From: Alphaproteobacteria bacterium
GTDB taxonomy: Bacteria; Pseudomonadota; Alphaproteobacteria; UBA6615
Length of the DNA: 64,000 nucleotides
Reading direction: 5' to 3'
NCBI GenBank assembly: GCA_965261975.1
Contig: CBDHEC010000051.1
Coordinates: forward strand, 64,001-128,000
Shown here one piece after another: positions 1-9,076 of the stretch. Both the position numbers and the translations under genes were made by a program. Position 1 is the stretch's first letter. Every line of letters starts with the position of its first letter. Under the pieces are notes generated by a model, which worked only from the letters and a program-made list of their open reading frames with translations, searched no databases and was not told where the DNA came from.

Positions 1-3000
1 GTGTCGCCAGAGCGACGGTTTGGCGAGTTTGCGCCCGGTGCTGACGGATTTGCGCGGGTCGGGCCGCACGCCGTATTTGATTTCGTCGGCACGTGCCCAG
101 GCGTTCTCGAACTCACGGGGTTCCTCGGCACTGCCATCACCGAGCGCATCGAGGCGGGCCGACAGGTCGGTGATTTCCTCGGCAATCAAATGGGTAACGA
201 TGCCCTCGCGCTGCAACTTGCCCCTGATCCGCACCAGCCGTGACGACAGCACCACCTTGCGGAACCGCTCAAACACATCCGGCCAGACGATGACGTTGGC
301 GACGCCGGTCTCATCCTCGAGGGTCAGGAAGATCACGCCCTTGGCGGTGCCCGGTCGCTGGCGGACCAAAATCAGCCCGGCCGTGGTCAGGCGCTGGTCG
401 TTGGGGCGCTCGCGCAGTTCGCGGGCGGGCACGGCCTTCATTTCGTCGAGTTCGCCACGCAGCAGCCCCACCGGGTGATGCTTCAGGGACATGCGGATCG
501 CGGCATAATCGTTGGCCACGACCTCGCCGGCGGTCTCGCCGGGTAACGCGATTGGCGTCTCGGGAATGGCGTCGCGGGCTTCAGCGGCGGCAAACAGGGG
601 CAGGGCGGCGGCGGTCTCGCGGCCGTTATGGCCGAGGGCCCGGATCGCCCACAGGGCCTCGCGCCGCGCCAGCCCGAGAGAATCGAACCCGCCGGCCTCG
701 GCAAGGGCCACGAGGGCGGCGGTGTTGATGTTGGTGCGGCGCCAGACATCCTCGACCGAGACGTAGCCTTCGTTCGGGCGTGCGTCCACAACCGCCTCGG
801 CGGCCTCGCGGTTAAGAGACTTGATCTGCCGGAAGCCGAGGCGAAGCGCGTGGTTGTCGCCAATCAGAGGCTCCAGCCGGTTGTCCCACAGGGAATAGTT
901 CACGTCGGGCCCGCGCACCTCGACATCATGCTCGCGGGCATCACGGACGATCTGGGCAGGTGCGTAGAAACCCATGGGCTGGCTGTTGAGCAGGGCGGCG
1001 GCGAAAACGTCCGGGTAGTGGCATTTGAGCCAGGAGGAGACATAGACCAGCAGCGCGAAGGAGGCCGCGTGGCTCTCGGGGAAGCCGTATTCGCCGAAGC
1101 CCTCAATCTGGCGGAAGCAGCGCTCGGCGAAGTCGCGGTCGTAGCCGCGCTCAGCCATGCCGTCGACCATCTTGGTGTGAAAGGTGTGGATGGTGCCTGT
1201 CTTGCGGAAGGTCGCCATGGCGCGGCGCAGCTGGTCGGCCTCGCCGGGGGTGAACCCGGCGGCGACGATAGCGATCTGCATCGCCTGTTCCTGAAACAGC
1301 GGCACGCCTAGGGTTTTGCCCAGCACGTCTTCGAGTTCCTGTGATGGAAACTCGACCGTCTCCAGCCCGTCGCGCCGCCGGATATAGGGATGCACCATGT
1401 CGCCCTGGATCGGGCCGGGGCGGATGATCGCCACCTCGATGACCAGATCGTAGAAGTTGCGCGGTTTCATGCGCGGCAGGACATCGCCATCTGCGCCCGG
1501 CTCTCGATCTGGAACACGCCGACCGTGAATCCGCTTTCGCCGATCATGTCGTAGACCGCCGGGTCTTCCGCCGGCACGCTCGCCAGCTCGAGCGGGCGGT
1601 CATAATGATCGGCGAGCAGGGTCGAAGGCCTTGCGGATCGCAGGTCAGCATGCCCAGCGCGAGCACGTCGATCTTCAGGATGCCCAGCGCATCGAGATCG
1701 TCCTTGTCCCACTCGATCACCGTGCGGTCGTCCATCGCCGCATTCTCGATGGGCACCATTGCGTCGAGCCGGTCACGTCGCGTGATGACGAAGCCGCCGA
1801 CATGCTGCGACAGGTGCCGCGGAAAACCGATCAGCTCGATCGCGTCAGGTTGAGTGCGAGGCCCAGCCGGTTGTCGCTCGGGTCGAGGCCCAGCTGAGCG
1901 CACCACCTCATCGCGCACGCCCTCGTTGGACCAGCCCCACCACCTGTCCCGACAAGGCGAGCTTGTCGACCGTGTCTTCTGTCAGGCCGAGTGCCTTGCC
2001 GACATCGCGCAGGGCCGAGCTTGCGTGCGGTAGGTGATGACCGTAGCGGCCAGTCCGGCCCGATGGCGGCCGTATTTCGCGATAGATGTACTGGATCACT
2101 TCTTCCCGGCGTTCATGCTCGAAATCCACGTCGATATCCGGTGGTTCGTTGCGCTCGGCGGAGATGAACCGCTCGAACAGCAGGTCGAGACGGTCCGGAT
2201 CCACGGCGGTGATGTCCAGGCAGAAGCACACGGCCGAATTCGCCGCCGACCCGCGCCCCTGGCACAGGATGTCCCGGGAGCGCGCGAAACGGACGATGTC
2301 GTGGACCGTCAGGAAGTAGGCGGCGTAACGAAGCTCGGCGATCAGGCTGAGCTCATGTTCGAGCTGGGCGCGGACTTTCGCGGAGATGCCGTCGGGATAG
2401 CGCTTGGCCGCACCACGCCAGGTGAGCCGGGCCAGCTCGGCATCCGGCGTGCGCCCGGCGGCCACCGGCTCGGCGGGGTATTCGTAACGCAGCTCATCGA
2501 GGGAAAACCCGCATTTGGCGGCGATGTCGCCGGTCCGGGCGATCGCGTCGGGGTAATCGCGAAACAACCGTGCCATTTCGTTTGCGGGCTTCAGGTGGCG
2601 CTCGGCGTTAACCGCCAAGCGGCGGCCCGCATTGTCGATGGTGCAATGCTCGCGGATGCAGGTGACGACGTCGGCCAGTGCGCGCCGCTCGACCGCGTGA
2701 TAACGCACATCGTTGGTGGCCACGAGGGGCGTGGTGCAGGCATCCGCGATGGCGGCCAGCCGGGCCAGCCTCCTTGTGTCGTCGCCCCGGTAGAGATGGC
2801 TGGCGGCGAGGTAAGTTTCTGATTCAAGTTCGCCGGATAGACGATTCAAAAAGCTGGAGAAAATGCCGGTGGCCGTTTCCGTCAGGTCGTCGGGTGGAAG
2901 GGCGAGGAGGATCTGTCCTGCGCCACATAGAAACACGCCCTCCGGATTGGTCAGGTCGGCGAGTGTTAAATGGCACTGGGCCTTTTCCGCGCGGCGCTTG

Positions 3001-3308
3001 CCCAGGGTCAGGAGTTGGGACAGGCGCGAGTAGGCGGCCTTGTCCGTCGGTAGGCAAATCAGGGGTGGACAATCGTCCATGAAGTCCAGCCGTACGCCGA
3101 CGATCACCCGGATTCCGGCCTGTTTCGCCCCCAAATGCCCGCGTACCACCCCCGCCAGCGTGTTGCGGTCGGTGATGGCGACGGCCCGATGGCCCAGTTC
3201 GGCGGCCCGCGCGGCCAGCTCTTCGGGGTGGGCGGCACCTTCGAGGAACGAGAAGTTGCTGGTCACCTGGAGTTCGACATATTCGGGCGCGGTATTGATC
3301 ACGTTCAT
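1..3308 (-). CDS. dnaE2: Error-prone DNA polymerase III alpha subunit DnaE2 (ImuC); runs off the left edge; several apparent frameshifts at about 1490-2080
   Basis: ORF 1908..3308 has a PHP N-terminus ([20 protein letters not shown]), GRGSAANS and [10 protein letters not shown]. Fragments continue with [24 protein letters not shown] and [12 protein letters not shown] manually read frame from about 1480 to 1 gives [35 protein letters not shown] and [20 protein letters not shown]. It follows imuA-imuB. Confidence 0.95.
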
Positions 3309-4966
3309 CCGAACAGCCCGTGCAGGAACCAGCGGGGCAGGGTGTCGGCGGCTTTGCTGTCATACAGGCCCTCTCGATAAAGCCAGAAGCGGCGGCCGTC
3401 CGTGTCTTCCACCCGGTAATAGTCGCGAGTGTCGGCGTCGAGCAGGTCGCCGCCGGGTGCGCGCCACCATTCGGGCTCGATCCGCTCGGGCCCCTCGGCG
3501 CGGGTGATCCGGTGGGTGTGTCCGCGCCAGCGAAACAACACCGGTGGGTCGTCGGGCACCGGGGCCATGGCCTCGACCGGTTCGGGCCGGGCGAGTAGGC
3601 GCGGCGGCCGGGGTTGCGGGGGGTGCCATGAGGCAGAGCCGGGGGATTCCGCCAGGGCAGATGCGCCTTCCTGCACCCGCTCGGGCAGATGGGTGTCGCG
3701 GGCGGCAAAGCGCATCACATTGTCGGGGCCGAGACGCCCGGCCAGACGATCGACCAGGCGTTCCAGGGCGGCGGGATCACTGTCACGTTGCCCTCTTTCT
3801 CCTGTGGCAAGACGAGTCTGGGTGGCACGTAACGGCTCGGTGACCACCGCGGCGAGGGTCAGGGTCTCGACCATGGCCTCGGCGGCCGCACTCAGGGGGT
3901 CGGGCGCGGAGGTCGGCGGCTCGGGCAGGCGCTCAAGCTGTTCGTTGAGCAATCGTGCGAGATGATCGGGATCGTGGCTCGCCCGGCTGGTGCCGGCCAT
4001 GATCGTGTCGACCCGTCCGCCGACCCGGTAGAGACACAGCTCCAGCCGGCGGGCACCGCGTTCGGCCCGGGCGAGGCGATTGCACAGCGCCTCGGTCAGG
4101 TTGCGGGCGGCCGCCGCGATGTGTTCCTCGCGGCCCAGCGCCTCGGCGAACGCGGTGCGCAGACGCCAGATGGGGGCGGGTGCGCGAGGGGAGATCGGCT
4201 CGTCGACCCGCCCCAGGGCCTGGTCCAGTCGGCGGGCAGGCAATTCCCCGAACCGGCGCGCCAGACCCGCGCGCGGCAGGTCCGCCAGATTGGCGATATT
4301 GCGCAGACCCAGCCGTTCGAGGCCGTCGAGAATGTCCGGCGGCAGACGCAGGGCTGCGTTGGGGAAGGGGGCGAGCCGGCCGGCGTGCTCGCCTGCGGGA
4401 AAGATCACGCAGCGCGCCTTGCCGGGTTTGCCAAAGCGCGCCGCGGCCCAGGCGGCTCCCGCCGTATCGGCGAGGCCGGCCCGCGCGGTGTAGCCGATGG
4501 TTGCCAGACGTGCAGTCATGTCGTCGAGCATGGCCGCTTCGCCGCCGAACAGATGCGCGCAGCCGGACACATCCAGCCAGATGCCCGCAGCACCACCGTT
4601 CTCCAGCCCCGAGGGGGCGGTCCAAGGCGTATAGCGGGTGCCCCAGGCCGCGATACGCTCCAGGGTCGCGCTGTCGCCCGCCGGGTCCGCGTCATGAACT
4701 GCGACATCGGGCATCAGCGCGCGGGCGTCGGCAAGGGTCTGGCCCGGGGACAGCCCGGCCTTCTGGGCGGCCAAAGTCACCGCGCTCAGGCGCACGGCAC
4801 CCCCTTCGGGCATGGCCATGACCAGTTCAGGCCGTGCGGCGGTAGTTTCTTGCGCGCGGGATTGCCGCTTCATCCGGCGTTCCAGGTTCCGGTGGCAGCG
4901 GTCGGTCGCGAAGCGGGGAAACCAGAGCGAAACCACCCGCCGTTTGGGGTTTATCCTGTCCGTCAT
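3305..4966 (-). CDS. imuB: ImuB, Y-family polymerase-like accessory protein
   Basis: RRVVSLWFPRF, LDVSGCAHLFGGE and a C-terminal GPERIEPEWW...RDYYRVED...FWLYREG motif. Start placed at ATG 4966 (MTDRINPK) inside ORF 3305..5161. ATGA overlap with dnaE2. Confidence 0.92.
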   Translation of the reverse strand: MTDRINPKRRVVSLWFPRFATDRCHRNLERRMKRQSRAQETTAARPELVMAMPEGGAVRLSAVTLAAQKAGLSPGQTLADARALMPDVAVHDADPAGDSATLERIAAWGTRYTPWTAPSGLENGGAAGIWLDVSGCAHLFGGEAAMLDDMTARLATIGYTARAGLADTAGAAWAAARFGKPGKARCVIFPAGEHAGRLAPFPNAALRLPPDILDGLERLGLRNIANLADLPRAGLARRFGELPARRLDQALGRVDEPISPRAPAPIWRLRTAFAEALGREEHIAAAARNLTEALCNRLARAERGARRLELCLYRVGGRVDTIMAGTSRASHDPDHLARLLNEQLERLPEPPTSAPDPLSAAAEAMVETLTLAAVVTEPLRATQTRLATGERGQRDSDPAALERLVDRLAGRLGPDNVMRFAARDTHLPERVQEGASALAESPGSASWHPPQPRPPRLLARPEPVEAMAPVPDDPPVLFRWRGHTHRITRAEGPERIEPEWWRAPGGDLLDADTRDYYRVEDTDGRRFWLYREGLYDSKAADTLPRWFLHGLFG

Positions 4967-5702
4967 CGCTCCATTCCAGTTGCCAGGTCTTGGGGCGCCC
5001 ACCCCGGGCGCGCAGCAGTTCGGCCCGCCAGCGTGTGACGCCGGGCAGGTTGGCGTATTCGGCGGGTCCGCCCGGCAGCGCGGCGATCCGCCAGCGGCTG
5101 ACGCTCGCGGTCGGGGGCAGGGCACCCATATCCCGGCGCAGCAGCAGGCCGAGCCCGCCACCGGTTTCGGCGGCGAGTTGCAGGCGGCGGCTGGCGGTGA
5201 GATCCATATCCTCGATTTCCGCGCAGACCAGCCCGACTGTCGGCGCGCGGAGCGCCTCTTCCATGGCCCATAACGCCGTCGCGGCGAAATCGCCGCCCCC
5301 TGACGGCGGTATCCGCACCGCTATCAGATCGGAAGGGTCGAGACCAAACCCGGCGAGCCCCGGCGCGTAGAGACTTTCTCGCGGGCCAGTGCGGGGCGCG
5401 ATCCAGACGACCGGCCGCGCGCGGGCTTGTTGGGCCTTGCCCGCCAGCGCGGCGGCGAAGGCCGTGACCGCGCCATTCAGGGCGCCGCCGATCTTGCTGG
5501 TGCTGTTCGAGGTGGGGGCGTCACCATCGAGGAGTTCATGAACCGCTCCCGTCGCCAGCCCGCGCCAGGGCAGATGTTCGTCGATCGCCGGAATACCGAA
5601 GGCAAGGCCTGTGTCATCACTGAATGGACTCCCGTCGCCGCCGCGCTCGATGGCGGCGATGCGGCTGCGCAGCCGCTGGAGGAGTTGGGGATCCGCCGGC
5701 AC
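4827..5702 (-). CDS. imuA: ImuA, RecA/SulA-like SOS mutagenesis protein
   Basis: LRSRIAAIE, GLATGAVHE, ALWAMEEALR, LTASRRLQLAAE, RWRAELLRARGG. First gene of the imuABC cassette. Confidence 0.9.
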   Translation of the reverse strand: MPADPQLLQRLRSRIAAIERGGDGSPFSDDTGLAFGIPAIDEHLPWRGLATGAVHELLDGDAPTSNSTSKIGGALNGAVTAFAAALAGKAQQARARPVVWIAPRTGPRESLYAPGLAGFGLDPSDLIAVRIPPSGGGDFAATALWAMEEALRAPTVGLVCAEIEDMDLTASRRLQLAAETGGGLGLLLRRDMGALPPTASVSRWRIAALPGGPAEYANLPGVTRWRAELLRARGGRPKTWQLEWSDDGQDKPQTAGGFALVSPLRDRPLPPEPGTPDEAAIPRARNYRRTA

Positions 5703-5729
5703 CGTTGCTGTGTTCCGTTCTCGTTAAGT

Positions 5730-5744
5730 GTTCTTATTTTGTTC
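5730..5744 (-). promoter_or_regulatory. Alphaproteobacterial LexA (SOS) box upstream of imuA
   Basis: Exact GTTC-TTATTTT-GTTC (GTTC-N7-GTTC; GAAC-N7-GAAC on the minus strand), 27 bp upstream of the imuA start. Confidence 0.88.
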
Positions 5745-5903
5745 TAGTTTTCGAGAACGGGGGAGTCAAAGCGGAGTGCAGGTGTGTGACCCGCCACCCA
5801 GACAACGTCCACCGTGATTGCGCCGGACCGGCTCGCGCAATAGGCTGCATACAAACAACAACGAAAATTCTGCGTGATACGCGCGCAGCGGGGAAACCCT
5901 CAC

Positions 5904-6185
5904 ATGCTTTACTTCGTCTACCGGGTGGACAAACCCGGCACCCATGATCTGCGGATGGAGACCCGCCCGGCGCATATGGAATATGCCGAAGAGATTGGCG
6001 ACAAGCTGTTCTTCGCCGGGCCGACGATGGATGATGACGGGAACATGAATGCCAGCGTGTGGATCGTCGATGCGACCGACCGTGCGGAAGCCGAGGCGAT
6101 CACGGCGGCAGATCCCTATGAGAAAGCCGATCTGTTCGAGACCAAGATCATTCGCAAATTCATCAAGACCGCCGGAACGGGCTGA
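5904..6185 (+). CDS. YciI family protein
   Basis: DKPG...LRMETRPAHMEY, FAGPTMDD and DPYEKADLF are typical of YciI. ATG at 5904. Confidence 0.85.
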   Translation: MLYFVYRVDKPGTHDLRMETRPAHMEYAEEIGDKLFFAGPTMDDDGNMNASVWIVDATDRAEAEAITAADPYEKADLFETKIIRKFIKTAGTG

Positions 6186-6216
6186 CCGTCTAACGTAAAT
6201 ACGGGGGAGAGAGACC

Positions 6217-7395
6217 ATGTTTGTCGCCACCAAGGACAAGGTGTTGCAGACCACCACGACCGGGGCGCTGCCGCGGCCGAGCTGGTACACGGAAAATCTG
6301 CGCGGCGCGCCGCTGTCGACGGGCTTTGCCCAGCGCGCCTACCGGGAACAGCATTTCGACTGCCTGGCCTGCCACACGGCGGCCCAGAACCGCGCGGGCA
6401 TAGACATCCTGGTCGACGGCGACACGCGGCTCGACGACGACGTGGCCGGGCGCAGCTGGGTGAGCTACGCATACGAGCGCATCGAGGGCTTCGGCCCGCC
6501 GGGCGTCGCCGTGCAGCCCTATGCCGCGATGGCCGACAAGGGGCCGGGGGACCTGATCTGGGAAGTCATCGAGACCCGCCTGACACCCCATGTGACGGGC
6601 CCTGTCGGCAAGACCGACCTGCAGCTCGACCGGGCCTACAAGGCCATGGCGGGGATGACCGACAAGCCGGTGAAGATCGGCTCGATCTCGGCCCAGGTGA
6701 TCAGCCATATGTGCATCAACGATCACTATGACGACACCCGCGACCTGCTGATGGCGCTGTCCGATGCCTTCAACGCCGAGTATCACGCGCTGGCGGATGC
6801 TGGCGCGCCGCTGTTGCAGGTCGAGGAGCCGTCGATCCACCAGTCGATGCAGGTGCCCGAGCAGGAGGTCTCGGCCGAGCAGTATGTCGAGGCGTTCAAC
6901 CGGGAGGTGGCGGGCCTGCGCGACAAGACGGAGGTCTGGTGCCACACCTGCTGGGGCTCGCCCGCGGCCCAGAAGATGTTTGCCGAGCACGCCTCCTACG
7001 AACACGCATTGCCCTATCTGGATCAGCTCGATGTGGACGTGATCACCGTCGAGGGCACGACCAACAACGGCATGGACTTGGAACATTTCGGCAAGCTGAT
7101 CTCGAAGGACAAGAAGATCGCGCTGGGCGTGATCAGCCATCGCACCCTGCAGGTCGAGCGGCCGGAAGACGTGGCCGACCTGATCCGCCGGGCGCTCAAG
7201 CATATCGAGCCGGAGCGGCTGATCCTGTCGAGCGATTGCGGCTTCGGGCGCGGGGCGGCGAGCCGCATGCACGCCTTCTACAAGATGGTCTCGCTGGTGC
7301 GCGGCGCCAACATGGTGCGCAAGGAACTGGGTCTCGAAGAGGTGTATGTGCCGGCGACGGACCCGCAGATTTCCATGGTGCCGATCGCCGAGTAG
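6217..7395 (+). CDS. Cobalamin-independent methionine synthase II (MetE C-terminal domain-like) family zinc protein
   Basis: TTTGALPRPSWY, GIDILVDGD, QVEEP, zinc ligands H-x-C (WCHTCWG) and SDCGFG. Single domain, 392 aa. Confidence 0.85.
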   Translation: MFVATKDKVLQTTTTGALPRPSWYTENLRGAPLSTGFAQRAYREQHFDCLACHTAAQNRAGIDILVDGDTRLDDDVAGRSWVSYAYERIEGFGPPGVAVQPYAAMADKGPGDLIWEVIETRLTPHVTGPVGKTDLQLDRAYKAMAGMTDKPVKIGSISAQVISHMCINDHYDDTRDLLMALSDAFNAEYHALADAGAPLLQVEEPSIHQSMQVPEQEVSAEQYVEAFNREVAGLRDKTEVWCHTCWGSPAAQKMFAEHASYEHALPYLDQLDVDVITVEGTTNNGMDLEHFGKLISKDKKIALGVISHRTLQVERPEDVADLIRRALKHIEPERLILSSDCGFGRGAASRMHAFYKMVSLVRGANMVRKELGLEEVYVPATDPQISMVPIAE

Positions 7396-7408
7396 GAGAG
7401 GCAAAAAG

Positions 7409-8320
7409 ATGGCCAACGTCTATGCAAAAAGCCCGGGTACACGGCCCGAAGGCAACGTCGACACCAAGCGCGAACACGTGCGCGAACGGCGGAACTTCCG
7501 GCACATCGAGGTGCGGCCCTATGCGCCCAATCTCGGGGCGGAAGTACGCGGCATCGATCTGGCCAACGGGCTGACCGAAGACCAGTTCGCGGAAGTCCAC
7601 CAGGCCCACCTCGACCACCAGGTGCTGTTCTTCAAGGAGCAGTCACCCATCGCGCCCGAGGTCCAGATCGCGATCGGCGAGATGTTCGGCGAGCTTCACT
7701 ATCACCCGGGCAACCCGGGCAAGGACGGCTTCCCGGCGATCATGGAGATTCACGCCCACGGGGGTTCAAAGACGGCCAACGGGGAGTACTGGCATTCCGA
7801 CGTGTCGTGCGACGCCGAGCCGCCCCTGGGCACCATGCTGCAGCTCCACATCCTGCCCGAAAGCGGCGGCGATACCATGTTTGCCGACAGCTATGCGGCC
7901 TGGGACATGCTGTCGGACCCGCTGAAGGCCATGCTCGACGGGATGTCAGCGACCCATGACGGCGAGCATATCTATCGCGGCCGCTACAAGGATTTCGGCG
8001 TGGACGACACCGGCAAGGTCTATCCGTCGGCGGTGCACCCCATCGCGCGGACCCATCCGGAGACCGGCCGCAAGGCGCTCTACGTCAATCGCGGCTTCAC
8101 CACCGGGGTCGTCGGGCTCGAGCCGGACGAGAGCGAGGCGATCCTCGATTTCCTGCTGGACCATGTCGAGAAGATCGACTTCCAGATCCGCTACCGCTGG
8201 GAGCTGAACGATCTGGCCTTCTGGGACAATCGCTGTGTCATGCACCGCGCGCTGTGGGACTACTGGCCCGCCGAGCGCAAGGGCCACCGGGTGACCATCA
8301 AGGGCGATAAGCCGGTTTAG
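7409..8320 (+). CDS. TauD/TfdA family Fe(II)/2-oxoglutarate dioxygenase
   Basis: GAEVRGIDL, WHSDV (HxD), GGDTMFAD, HPETGRKALYVN, WDNRCVMHRA. Confidence 0.92.
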   Translation: MANVYAKSPGTRPEGNVDTKREHVRERRNFRHIEVRPYAPNLGAEVRGIDLANGLTEDQFAEVHQAHLDHQVLFFKEQSPIAPEVQIAIGEMFGELHYHPGNPGKDGFPAIMEIHAHGGSKTANGEYWHSDVSCDAEPPLGTMLQLHILPESGGDTMFADSYAAWDMLSDPLKAMLDGMSATHDGEHIYRGRYKDFGVDDTGKVYPSAVHPIARTHPETGRKALYVNRGFTTGVVGLEPDESEAILDFLLDHVEKIDFQIRYRWELNDLAFWDNRCVMHRALWDYWPAERKGHRVTIKGDKPV

Positions 8321-9061
8321 CTAGAGGTTTCGCGCGTAGAGCGCGAACAGCCGCTCCCAGTGGCGTTCCGCGGCGGGCTTGTCGTAGATCGGGCGTTCAG
8401 GAAACCCGAAACCGTGATGGACGCCGGGGTAGATCTCGATCTCGCCCTTCGTGCCGGCCCTATCGAAGAGTTCATGCAGTTCCGCGACCATGGGCAAAGG
8501 TGCCAGGTCGTCGATCTCCGCACAGGCGATGTAGGCCTCGCCCTTGATCTGGGCGAGGGTCCGGTGCGGGCTCTCCTCGACGTCGTTGACCAGCCATGTG
8601 CCATAGAACGACGCCGCGGCCGCGATCCGGTCCGGGTAGCGGGCTGCCGCAGCGAGTGCGAAAGGCCCGCTCATGCAGTAGCCATGGACGCCGAACGAAC
8701 CGGGCCGGGCGATTTCTGGGTGGGCATCCACATAGGCGATCATCGCGCCGACATCATCGACCACTGGCGGGATACCGAGGTTGGTGCGGATCGCGCGCAT
8801 GCGGGTCCAGTCGGCACTTTCCTTGACCAGCACGTCGGGCCCGAACTTGGTGTCGCGGCCGGCGCGGTAATAGAGATTGGGTAGCAGGACGCAGTAGCCG
8901 GTCGTCGCCAGTCTCCGGGCCATGTCGTAGAGCTCCTCGCGGATGCCGGGTGCATCCATGAGCATCAGGACAGGCGGGCAGGGATCGCCGCGCTCGGGCC
9001 GGACGATGAAGGTCTCCATCGCGCCGTCGTCGGTCGCGATGTCGAGGGTTTCCTCGATCAT
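8321..9061 (-). CDS. Dienelactone hydrolase family protein
   Basis: MDAPGIREEL, GYCMSG nucleophile elbow, YPGVHHGF, AERHWERL. Confidence 0.88.
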   Translation of the reverse strand: MIEETLDIATDDGAMETFIVRPERGDPCPPVLMLMDAPGIREELYDMARRLATTGYCVLLPNLYYRAGRDTKFGPDVLVKESADWTRMRAIRTNLGIPPVVDDVGAMIAYVDAHPEIARPGSFGVHGYCMSGPFALAAAARYPDRIAAAASFYGTWLVNDVEESPHRTLAQIKGEAYIACAEIDDLAPLPMVAELHELFDRAGTKGEIEIYPGVHHGFGFPERPIYDKPAAERHWERLFALYARNL

Positions 9062-9076
9062 GGTTGTTTCTCCGGG

